DNA of 53,664 nucleotides from Ghiorsea sp. GTDB taxonomy: Bacteria > Pseudomonadota > Zetaproteobacteria > Mariprofundales > Mariprofundaceae. The stretch is from the NCBI GenBank assembly GCA_027059605.1, contig JALSZC010000068.1, positions 1 to 53,664 on the forward strand, written 5' to 3'. Below the pieces are notes generated by a model. That model was not told where the DNA came from, ran no database searches, and was given only the letters and a program-made list of their open reading frames with translations. Below are positions 1 to 7,987 of the stretch, piece after piece. The stretch's first letter is position 1. The number at the start of each line of letters is the position of its first letter. The position numbers and the translations under genes are program-made.

Positions 1-2
1 GC

Positions 3-548
3 ACACATATCACAGCTTGCGCCCTTCGCTTATCGCCTTATGTGTTTCTACGCCCTAAAGAGCTACGCACCCTTGAATGGCAGTTTATCGACTTTGAAAA
101 AGAACAAATCACCATCCCAGCCGAAAATATGAAAATGAAACAAAAGCATATTGTGCCTTTAGCCAAACAGGCGATAGCAATCCTCAAAGATGTGCAAGCT
201 TTAACAGGGCAAGGCAAGTATGTGTTTCATGGTGCAAGGGCAACCAGCCGCCCCATGAGTGAAAACACGATTAACGCCTGCTTACAACGCCTTGGCTACA
301 GCACAACGCATGACCATTGCGCTCATGGCTTTAGGGGCATGGCATCTACCCTACTTTATGAGCTTGGCTATAGAAGCGATTTAGTAGAGCGGCAACTAGC
401 ACACAGCGAACGCAACCAAGTGAAAGCAGCCTATAACCATGCAGAGCATTTAGACGAGCGCAAAGCCATGATGCAGCAATGGGCGGATTACTTGGACGGG
501 TTAAGAGACGGGGCGCAAGTTGTGCCTATCCATAGAGCAAAAGCTTAA
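3..548 (+). CDS. P4-family tyrosine integrase, 5'-truncated by the window edge
   Basis: Frame is open from position 3 (THITACALRLSPYVFLRPKELR). Catalytic R (LRPKE), HGFR, LAH and AAYNH are present, with a typical C-terminal MMQQWADYLD. Confidence 0.93.
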   Translation, partial: THITACALRLSPYVFLRPKELRTLEWQFIDFEKEQITIPAENMKMKQKHIVPLAKQAIAILKDVQALTGQGKYVFHGARATSRPMSENTINACLQRLGYSTTHDHCAHGFRGMASTLLYELGYRSDLVERQLAHSERNQVKAAYNHAEHLDERKAMMQQWADYLDGLRDGAQVVPIHRAKA

Positions 549-566
549 ACATGTGTGAGGTGGTAT

Positions 567-1100
567 ATGAGTTGGGTCTTTAAATCAGAGCTTGGAGCAA
601 AACTAATGACCGTTGTGACAGAAAGTATCGAGCATGAAAACACTAAGGGCTTTAACCAAAGGTTAATAAGGCTTTTTATACACCAAGCTAAGAAAGGTGA
701 GGAAATTGATGATGCCCTTATGGATTTTATTGTAACAGGGTTAGAAAGCCACCTAGCAGGTAAAAAACCGTGGAAAGATAAGCGCGGACAAAAAACAAAA
801 GAATTGAAGTATTTATTCCCTTATTATTATGAGTATTTACGACAATATGGCAGCAAAGGGATGATGTCGTCAGGCATTGCTGATGCAGTTGGTGGTGACA
901 TTAAAGACCAAAGGCAGACTGAACGTTATGTTCAAGAAGCTAAAAAATGGCTGGAAGGTGATGATTGTTCAGAAATAGAAAACTTTTTAGCTTGGTGCGA
1001 AAAGAATAATAAAGAAATACCAAAACAATCCAGCTTCTATCAAAACCAAGAAAGGCTGCTAAAAAAGCACCAATTACACTTAGAGAAAGACATTAAATAA
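567..1100 (+). CDS. Hypothetical protein (integrase-adjacent)
   Basis: Long ORF; ATG 567 is preceded by GAGGTGG. No recognisable motif. Confidence 0.65.
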   Translation: MSWVFKSELGAKLMTVVTESIEHENTKGFNQRLIRLFIHQAKKGEEIDDALMDFIVTGLESHLAGKKPWKDKRGQKTKELKYLFPYYYEYLRQYGSKGMMSSGIADAVGGDIKDQRQTERYVQEAKKWLEGDDCSEIENFLAWCEKNNKEIPKQSSFYQNQERLLKKHQLHLEKDIK

Positions 1101-1196
1101 TTTTTTTTGATGTCGAGACACTAGATTTACTGTTTCTTAAACTGCTTTCCATAACTAACCGCTGACTTACAAGGCGGACTTATGGAGGGCAGAATA

Positions 1197-1406
1197 ATGC
1201 CAAAGACAGAAATCACAAAACTACCCGAAACGGGCTTTTTACGGTTACCTACCGTCCTATCCTTTATACCAACTAGCAAAAGCGCATGGTATGAAGGCAT
1301 TGCCAAAGGCTTATACCCAGCACCTATCAAACTATCAGAGCGCACCAGTGCATGGCGTGTTGAAGATATTCGCAAGCTAATTGAAAGGCTTGGGGGTGAG
1401 GCATGA
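1197..1406 (+). CDS. alpA: AlpA-family transcriptional regulator / excisionase
   Basis: GFLRLPTVL...SKSAWYEGIAKGLYPAPIKLSERTSAWRVEDI is the AlpA pattern. GGAGG precedes ATG 1197. Confidence 0.9.
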   Translation: MPKTEITKLPETGFLRLPTVLSFIPTSKSAWYEGIAKGLYPAPIKLSERTSAWRVEDIRKLIERLGGEA

Positions 1407-1645
1407 AGTGTGCTATGAGTGCAGAAACCCAACGCAATAAGCTTTTGCGATACATCAGAGACCATGGAAGCATAAACACATTTCAAGCCCGTGAAATTAG
1501 CTGTATGTCGCCTGCTCCCCGAGTGATGGAGCTAAAAAAGAAAGGCTATAATATCGTAGCCAACTACATGCCCATTGAAGATAAAGATGGTGTTAAGCAT
1601 AACGGTGTTGCTGTTTACACTTTGGACGGTGGCAAGCATGAATAA
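1403..1645 (+). CDS. Small winged helix-turn-helix protein (phage/satellite type)
   Basis: GSINTFQARE...SPAPRVMELKKKGYNI...GVAVYTL pattern; ATGA overlap with alpA. Confidence 0.75.
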   Translation: MKCAMSAETQRNKLLRYIRDHGSINTFQAREISCMSPAPRVMELKKKGYNIVANYMPIEDKDGVKHNGVAVYTLDGGKHE

Positions 1646-1994
1646 ACCACCCAAAGAAAAAGCAGCCCTCCACCAAGATAAGCTGCTTTATCAAATCCAA
1701 CGCCGCAAGCCTAACATTGAACAAGCGAGGGCGCACCTTTTGGGGGTGTGCCTGCTTGATGTGAGTTATACCGTCTATTTATCAGGCAATGAGTTGCACA
1801 GTGAATATGATAAGCTCACTTGTGCCATGATAAGCCAAGGCATGGGCATAGAAGCCATTGCAAGGCACTTGGAAGCTTACGGGCTAACCAACGCAAAGGA
1901 TATGCTTAAAAGTGCGCTTAAAACCGTGCCTGATGATGCCAACTTATCGCATATGTTTTTTGAAGCTTTGAGGGTGATTTCTTGCCATGAATAA
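1638..1994 (+). CDS. Hypothetical protein
   Basis: ORF whose likely ATG (1638) overlaps the upstream stop. No family recognised. Confidence 0.55.
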   Translation: MNKPPKEKAALHQDKLLYQIQRRKPNIEQARAHLLGVCLLDVSYTVYLSGNELHSEYDKLTCAMISQGMGIEAIARHLEAYGLTNAKDMLKSALKTVPDDANLSHMFFEALRVISCHE

Positions 1995-1997
1995 GCG

Positions 1998-2073
1998 AGC
2001 GGTTTCGTCACAAATTAAAAAGCGGTTTGGTCACAAAAGCCATGAGCGGTTTCGTCACAGCGGTTTCGTCACA
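1998..2073. repeat. Four direct 15-bp repeats AGCGGTTTCGTCACA (iteron-like)
   Basis: Copies at 1998, 2021 (one mismatch), 2045 and 2059, followed by a TATAGC-N7-GCTATA inverted repeat at 2077-2095. Confidence 0.85.
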
Positions 2074-2185
2074 CTTTATAGCAAGTTTGGCTATATATTT
2101 ACAACAAAACCCAAGTACAAAATGGGCAAGGTTTGTGCGGTATTTACTAATATCCTTTTTCACTACACCCCCCACTTAGCGAATA

Positions 2186-2803
2186 ATGAAACATAGACTT
2201 AGCAAAAATAATGCGGTCAAAAAAAAGTCGCAAAATAGGAAGCACAAAACCACCGCCCCTTTGTTTGAATATGAAGGGGTGAGTTATAAGGTCAATGTGA
2301 CGGGGGCGGGTGTTTACCGTGAAATCATGCGCCGCATCATTGAGCAACTACAAACAGGGCTTGCCATACATGGGCGGCTTATGGTTGTGCGCTTTGACTT
2401 GCATAGCTATAGCTTCCAAGCTGACAATGCCGAAATAAGGGCTTTTAGAAGGCGTATCATGGTTTAGGTTGAGCGAACCTATCAAACACGGCATATAGGC
2501 TTTGTATGGGTTAGAGAACGTGAAACAACCAAACACCAACACTATCACTTTGCCCTATGGATTGACGGCAATAAAATCCAACACCCTAAAAAGCTGCTTG
2601 CTCATATCATGGCAACTTGGGAAGCTATCGACCCAAGCAACCACTCTATGCCATACCTTAAAAAGCCGTTTTATTTTGTAGATAGTCAAGAAACTTTAGC
2701 TGATGCAGTTTATCGGGTTAGCTACTTGGCAAAAACAAGGGGCAAAGGCTACAGACCCGAGCAGGTGAAAGACTACAGCACAAGCCGCTTAAAAAACGAG
2801 TGA
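2186..2803 (+). pseudogene. YagK/YfjJ / inovirus Gp2-like HUH protein with internal amber stop
   Basis: ORFs 2186-2467 and 2609-2803 are in one frame, split only by TAG at 2465-2467. Read-through gives VVRFDLH...GFVWVRERETTKHQHYHFALWIDGN...YRVSYLAK. Confidence 0.8.
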
Positions 2804-2814
2804 CCTTTTAATGG

Positions 2815-2955
2815 TCAAAGCAAGGTTTTCTGGAAGTCATAATACGACTTCAATACAAGGTTTTATTTCAGCCACAATGAGACCATAAAAACTAAGGCTT
2901 TTTGGGGGTCATAATGAGTTTCAAAGCAAGGTTTTCTACCTACCATAAAAGAGTG
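2815..2955. repeat. Degenerate ~35-bp tandem repeat, 4 units
   Basis: CAAGGTTTT-like motif at 2821, 2856, 2893 and 2927, each followed by 8 variable nt and a CATAAT-like hexamer. Confidence 0.65.
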
Positions 2956-3043
2956 CAGTTTTTTCATTCAATCGGCAATTTTGCGGACTGCTTTAAAAAA
3001 GGCTGCCCTAACCAAGGCAAAAATAAAACAAGGCAATATAAAG

Positions 3044-3155
3044 GGGGGTACTTTAAAAAAAGGGGGTAACTATGGGGGCATAAATCCAAAACATAAAACA
3101 ATATGTCATTTATTATCAATAACTTAATTTAACTTTGCGTGTCCAAGTGGGACCA
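3044..3155. other. Probable att end of the integrative element
   Basis: GGGGGTA/GGGGGCA repeats at 3044, 3062 and 3074. A perfect IHF consensus WATCAANNNNTTR lies at 3114-3126, then GTCCAAGTGGGACCA (3141-3155). Confidence 0.6.
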
Positions 3156-3182
3156 TTTATAGAAACAAAGAAGACCGATAAG

Positions 3183-3215
3183 AGCCTGTAAGCCTAGTGT
3201 TTGCAGGCTTTTTTT
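3183..3215 (+). terminator. Rho-independent terminator
   Basis: AGCCTGTAAG / TTTGCAGGCT stem (with G-U pairs) followed by a T run. Confidence 0.7.
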
Positions 3216-3266
3216 AATTCTCTAAATAATAATTTAATAGTTGTGTAATAGTTGACACCAGCATTA

Positions 3267-3294
3267 TTGACAGCCACCCTTTAAAGCATAAGTT
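3267..3294 (+). promoter_or_regulatory. Candidate sigma70 promoter for the wza operon
   Basis: TTGACA-N16-TAAGTT, with a second TTGACA at 3252 and an AGGAG RBS at 3318. Confidence 0.5.
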
Positions 3295-3327
3295 TAAACA
3301 ATTAATTAAAAACATACAGGAGCATGC

Positions 3328-4434
3328 ATGACCCTTCGCTTTTTATTCATTTTGCTTACATTAACACAAGTTGGTTGCGCCTTAAGTCCTGGCATGGTTC
3401 CACCCTCCAAATCCAACGCAAAAGAAATATCTAATCTTGATTCAGCAATCGATATCATTCCCATTTCCCCAGAACTTATCATATCACAAGTTAAGGATAA
3501 AAGTTCAAAAAAAATCGTACCAGAAGCTGTAACCAGTCAACCAAAACAACCTGAATATCGTATTGCGCCGCATGATGTTTTGGCTATTACTGTTTGGGAT
3601 CATCCTGAATTAACTATTCCATCAGGGGCTAGCCCGCCTGCTGAGTTGATTGGCAATGTCGTACGCAATGATGGTAGTATCTTCTACCCTTATGTCGGTG
3701 TAATCATAGTGGCTGGAAAAACAGTAGAAGAGGCTAGGAATGTAATCGCATCAAAATTAAGTCACTATATTGAAAAACCTCAAGTTGATGTTCGCATTGC
3801 AAAGTATAAAAGCCAATTTGTTTATGTGACTGGTGAGGTGAATACTCCACGCACTATTGCGTTAACCGCTTCACCATTAGACATAGTTGCTGCAATTAAT
3901 GAAGCTGGCGGCTTTAAAAGTTCGGCTGACCTTAGTCATATTCTCTTAATCCATCACGATGGTACAAAAGAAACTATAGATATTTCTAAATTGCAAACTC
4001 AAGGCAAGCTTTCTGAAAACCGCTCACTTAAAGCGGGAGACCACCTGTTTGTTCCCGATAGCTCAAATAATATTGTTTTTGTTACGGGTGAGGTAAAAAT
4101 ACCAGGGAGTAAACAGCTTGGCTTCCAAAGATATACCTTAACGCGCGCACTAGCTGATGCAGGTGGCATCAATAATGATACATCCAACCCAAGCCAAGTG
4201 TACGTCTTACGCGGTTTTACCGAAAACCTAGATAAAAACAACCCAAAAGTATCTGTGAAAATTTACCATTTGGACGCGGCTACGCCAACTGGGCTTATTC
4301 TAGGCAACCAATTTGAACTCCAAGCTCAAGATGTTATATTTGTATCTAGTAGTAATGTTGCACGCTGGGGGCGCGTCATGAATAATCTTGCAACGACCAT
4401 TCAAGCATTAAGTTTGGCACGTTTATTCAAATGA
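3328..4434 (+). CDS. wza: Outer-membrane polysaccharide export lipoprotein Wza
   Basis: Lipobox QVGC. YRIAPHDVLAITVWDHPEL...DGSIFYPYVG is the PES motif, followed by SLBB-type VYVTGEV repeats. Confidence 0.95.
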   Translation: MTLRFLFILLTLTQVGCALSPGMVPPSKSNAKEISNLDSAIDIIPISPELIISQVKDKSSKKIVPEAVTSQPKQPEYRIAPHDVLAITVWDHPELTIPSGASPPAELIGNVVRNDGSIFYPYVGVIIVAGKTVEEARNVIASKLSHYIEKPQVDVRIAKYKSQFVYVTGEVNTPRTIALTASPLDIVAAINEAGGFKSSADLSHILLIHHDGTKETIDISKLQTQGKLSENRSLKAGDHLFVPDSSNNIVFVTGEVKIPGSKQLGFQRYTLTRALADAGGINNDTSNPSQVYVLRGFTENLDKNNPKVSVKIYHLDAATPTGLILGNQFELQAQDVIFVSSSNVARWGRVMNNLATTIQALSLARLFK

Positions 4435-4483
4435 TTATTAAACCCAACACAAACATTTATTTTATTGAAAGGCTATTCAACTT

Positions 4484-6664
4484 ATGACACAACACACCCC
4501 TGATCCCACCCCTGAAAAAGCAGTTGCTCTGCTTGATATTGTCAACGCTATTTTAGGTGGTTGGAAAACTATTGCTCTTGTGACAACACTTATTGTACTT
4601 GGTGCGCTTCTTTTTCTTTTAATTGGCAAACCTATTTATCAAGTCAATGCTCTCATCCAAATTGATCAATCTTCAAAAGGAATGAGTAGTCAGCTTGCGC
4701 CTATTGAAGCCATGCTAACAGGCACTTTACCTTCCGATGGAGAAATAGAGTTAATTCGCTCACGCTCCGTTGTTGGCAAGGCTGTTGATCAATTTCACTT
4801 AGAAATATCAACACGAGTCAAACGCCTCTTCCTGATTGGCGGTATTGCTGCTGCTATCAATAAAGGTATTGAAAAACCAGTTCCCCCTTGGTTTTGGATG
4901 GACTCTTATGGGTGGGGAGGTGAAGCTTTGAAAATTGATGCTTTATCTGTACCAAAATCACTATTGGGTGAAACCCTTATCCTCACAGCTTTGAAGCATA
5001 ACATGTTTAAACTCTCAGACCCTGATGGAAAGGTGTTATTCAAAGGCAAGGTTGGAGAACACCTTTCTCACAAACAATTTTTTATACATGTTAGCCAACT
5101 ACGTGCAAGAGCTGGTACTGAATTTGAAGTAGTTGTATCATCAAGATATGACACGATTATTGACTTACAACGTGCCCTAGAAATTAGTGAACTTGGTCGG
5201 CAATCAGGTGTCATTCAAGTTGTTTATAACAATTCAAATGGTGCACTGGCCGTGGGCATTGTAAATAGCATTATTGATGAACACGCACGACAAAACATTG
5301 CTAGAAAAGCGGAAGAAGCAAGGAGAACATTGGATTTCTTAACAACTTACCTTCCAAAGTCTAAAGAAAACTTAGCATTGGCGGAACGTGCCCTAAGCAA
5401 CTTTCAGTCACAGCATGGTACTGTATCTATAGAGCAAGAAACCAAAGGTTTATTAGATCGTACAGTTATGCTTCAAAGTCAACTTGAACAACTTAAACTA
5501 GAAAGACAAGATTTGAGACAACGCTTTTCTGATTTTCATCCCAATATCATTACATTGGATAATAAAATTCTTGCACTGGAAAAGTCGCTCGCAGTTGAGT
5601 CCGATAAAATGCAAACACTGCCAGAAACCCAACGCAAGTTCCTAGAACTTACACGAGAGGTTAGCGTTAGCACAGAAATGTATACCTACCTCATGAATCG
5701 CACACAAGAGTTGCGGCTTATGGAAGCTGGTACAGTTGGTGATATTCGAATCATTGACCGAGCAGAAAAACCTTTTGAACCTATCTTTCCAGTACCTTCA
5801 ATCGTTATTGCTGTAGCAATATTCTTAGGGCTTATGTTGGGGATAGTTATCATCGTCTTACGCTTGTCACTACAACATGGCATAAAAACTGCAGAAGATA
5901 TTGAAGCAGCAACAGGTGGTGTGGTCTATGCCGTACTTCCTTTTGCAGAAAAACAAGCCAAACTATCTAAAAATAATAACCTTTTAGCCAAGGAAGAACC
6001 TAAAAACATTACCATTGAGGCACTACGCAATTTTGTGGTTAACTTACACTTCACATTGGTCGGCACGCAAAAACAAAGCATTGCAATTTCAGGGGTTAGC
6101 CCAAATGCAGGTAAAAGTTTTGTTTCTGCTAACTTGGCCTACTTATTGGCTCAAAATGGGAAACGGGTTTTGCTCGTTGATGCCGATATGCGCAAAGGCT
6201 ACCTCGCAGAAACCTTTAATGTGAAAAAAACTCCAGGGCTATCTGAACTCTTAGCAAACGATGAGACAAGTGCAACCTTCCTCAATGAAGTCGATAAAAA
6301 CTTAACTCTCATTACTTCAGGTCACTACCCACCAAACCCCGTTGATTTATTGATGTCGCAGCGATTTTCAAAGTTGATGGAAGCGTGGGAACAAGACTAT
6401 GATTTCATCATTATAGATACACCACCTGTACTCTCCGTTGCTGATGCCACAATTATCGCAGAACAAGTAGGCTCAACATTTTTGGTAGTCCGTGCTGAGG
6501 AAAATTCAGCTGAAGATATTCTTGCCGCAGCCAAACGCTTTGAAAATATTAATTATCCTATCCACGGATATTTACTCAATGGTTTTGTGCCTGATTTACT
6601 GAGTGCCAAAGGTTATGGTAAGTATGGCTACTATGGTTATGGTGCTTATACAGATGATAAATAA
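4484..6664 (+). CDS. wzc: Polysaccharide co-polymerase / tyrosine autokinase Wzc
   Basis: Two TM helices, a coiled coil, Walker A PNAGKS, LLVDADMRK, IIDTPP and a C-terminal Tyr cluster (GYGKYGYYGYGAY). Confidence 0.96.
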   Translation: MTQHTPDPTPEKAVALLDIVNAILGGWKTIALVTTLIVLGALLFLLIGKPIYQVNALIQIDQSSKGMSSQLAPIEAMLTGTLPSDGEIELIRSRSVVGKAVDQFHLEISTRVKRLFLIGGIAAAINKGIEKPVPPWFWMDSYGWGGEALKIDALSVPKSLLGETLILTALKHNMFKLSDPDGKVLFKGKVGEHLSHKQFFIHVSQLRARAGTEFEVVVSSRYDTIIDLQRALEISELGRQSGVIQVVYNNSNGALAVGIVNSIIDEHARQNIARKAEEARRTLDFLTTYLPKSKENLALAERALSNFQSQHGTVSIEQETKGLLDRTVMLQSQLEQLKLERQDLRQRFSDFHPNIITLDNKILALEKSLAVESDKMQTLPETQRKFLELTREVSVSTEMYTYLMNRTQELRLMEAGTVGDIRIIDRAEKPFEPIFPVPSIVIAVAIFLGLMLGIVIIVLRLSLQHGIKTAEDIEAATGGVVYAVLPFAEKQAKLSKNNNLLAKEEPKNITIEALRNFVVNLHFTLVGTQKQSIAISGVSPNAGKSFVSANLAYLLAQNGKRVLLVDADMRKGYLAETFNVKKTPGLSELLANDETSATFLNEVDKNLTLITSGHYPPNPVDLLMSQRFSKLMEAWEQDYDFIIIDTPPVLSVADATIIAEQVGSTFLVVRAEENSAEDILAAAKRFENINYPIHGYLLNGFVPDLLSAKGYGKYGYYGYGAYTDDK

Positions 6665-6687
6665 ACCAAGTAACAAGGAGAAAAACT

Positions 6688-7977
6688 GTGCCTGATCAGT
6701 ACCAAGCCCCGAGAACTGGGGTAGAAATAGCCCTAGCAAAAATATGGGAAAAAGCTTTAAATATTGAGCCCATTGGTATTCGCGATCATTTTACTGATGA
6801 TTTGGGTGGTGACTCTATTGTTGCAGTGCGTATTATAGAACCCATTCAGAAGAAAATTGGTGTCACCTTACAAATGACAGCCCTCTTTGATGCACCCACT
6901 ATTGCAGAACTTGCAAGCTACTTGACCAAAAATTATAAAAAACAAATTCACTTAATCATGGATTATGCTGAACATCTTGAAGCAGTAGAAACGCCTCAAG
7001 AACAGCAACCATTGAGTGATGCGCAACTACAAAGCTTTCAACAAGCCATTCAAACACTTTTTAAAACAGACATGGGCACAGCCTCTCCATTACCAAACAA
7101 ACTTGAGCCTGCTGTTTTTATTCTCTCTCCGCCACGCTCTGGCTCCACGTTGTTGCGCATTATGTTAGCGGGTCACCCTAAGTTATTTTCACCCCAAGAG
7201 TTAAATTTATTACCCTTCTCTTCCATGCAACAAAGAACCTTGCAAACAGGTGAACGCCTAGCCTTTTTTATGCAAGAAGGTGTCATCCAAGCTTTGATGG
7301 ATGCCAAAGGTTGTGATAAACAAGAAGCAACAGGTTTACTGCAAGAAATGGAAGCAAACGATGCACCCATTTCCTCAGTGTATGCAGCAATACAAACAAG
7401 CATAGGCAATCGAATATTGGTCGACAAGTCACCCCTCAATGCATCTTACCCTTTGGTGGTTGAGCAAATTGAAAACCTTTTTGAATCACCAAAGTATATT
7501 CATTTGACCCGTCACCCTTATGGCATGATTAAATCATACGCTGAAGAACGCTCTGATTTGTTATTTCCATTTGAACTCGACCTTGAAGCTGAGCAATTTG
7601 CTGAGGCCAATTGGTTAAGCTCCCACCAAGCCATTGAACAGGGCTTAGAAGACATTCCTATGCGTAGGCAAATGCACCTCACATTTGAGCAGCTTACTAC
7701 ATCACCTGAAACCAGCATGCAACAAGTATGTCGCTTCTTAAATATTGATTATCATCTATCCATGATAAATCCTTATGATGAAAGTGAGCAACGCATGGTA
7801 AAAAGTGTCAACGAAAATGGCATTATGATTGGTGATCGAAAATTCTACCAACACCAGAATATCAATCCTAATGTAGCACACACATGGAAGGAGACATACA
7901 AAAGAGACTTCTTACGTGATGACACTTTAGAAACTGCCGCTTTATTTGGTTACCAAAGCATTAAAGATATGGCTTAA
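6688..7977 (+). CDS. Carrier protein (PCP/ACP) fused to CurM/Ols-type sulfotransferase
   Basis: N-terminal LGGDS phosphopantetheine site (Ser codon 6814). FILSPPRSGSTLLRIMLAGHPKLFSPQEL is a PAPS-binding motif, with LVDKSP and IHLTRHP. AGGAG RBS precedes GTG. Confidence 0.88.
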   Translation: MPDQYQAPRTGVEIALAKIWEKALNIEPIGIRDHFTDDLGGDSIVAVRIIEPIQKKIGVTLQMTALFDAPTIAELASYLTKNYKKQIHLIMDYAEHLEAVETPQEQQPLSDAQLQSFQQAIQTLFKTDMGTASPLPNKLEPAVFILSPPRSGSTLLRIMLAGHPKLFSPQELNLLPFSSMQQRTLQTGERLAFFMQEGVIQALMDAKGCDKQEATGLLQEMEANDAPISSVYAAIQTSIGNRILVDKSPLNASYPLVVEQIENLFESPKYIHLTRHPYGMIKSYAEERSDLLFPFELDLEAEQFAEANWLSSHQAIEQGLEDIPMRRQMHLTFEQLTTSPETSMQQVCRFLNIDYHLSMINPYDESEQRMVKSVNENGIMIGDRKFYQHQNINPNVAHTWKETYKRDFLRDDTLETAALFGYQSIKDMA

Positions 7978-7987
7978 GAGAATTTAG

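Larger units (their letters stand above)
1..3155 (+). mobile_element. Small integrative element / phage-satellite-like island (left end outside window)
   Basis: Co-oriented int, AlpA, HTH and YagK/Gp2-like rep genes, ending in arm-type repeats, an IHF site and a CCA-ending candidate core. No capsid or conjugation genes are visible. Confidence 0.75.

Noticed and set aside
1987-2196. 69-aa ORF over the 15-bp repeats
   Set aside because: The repeats fall in different frames and no protein motif is visible, so it is better explained as a DNA site.
1998-2955. CRISPR array interpretation of the two repeat clusters
   Set aside because: Repeats are too short or degenerate, the intervening sequences are too short, and there are no cas genes.
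3135-3160. tRNA gene
   Set aside because: Only a CCA-ending fragment; no cloverleaf or TTC T-loop. Kept only as a candidate att core.
3216-3327. ops/JUMPstart (RfaH) element upstream of wza
   Set aside because: No GGCGGTAG match here, or upstream of the 41600 operon.
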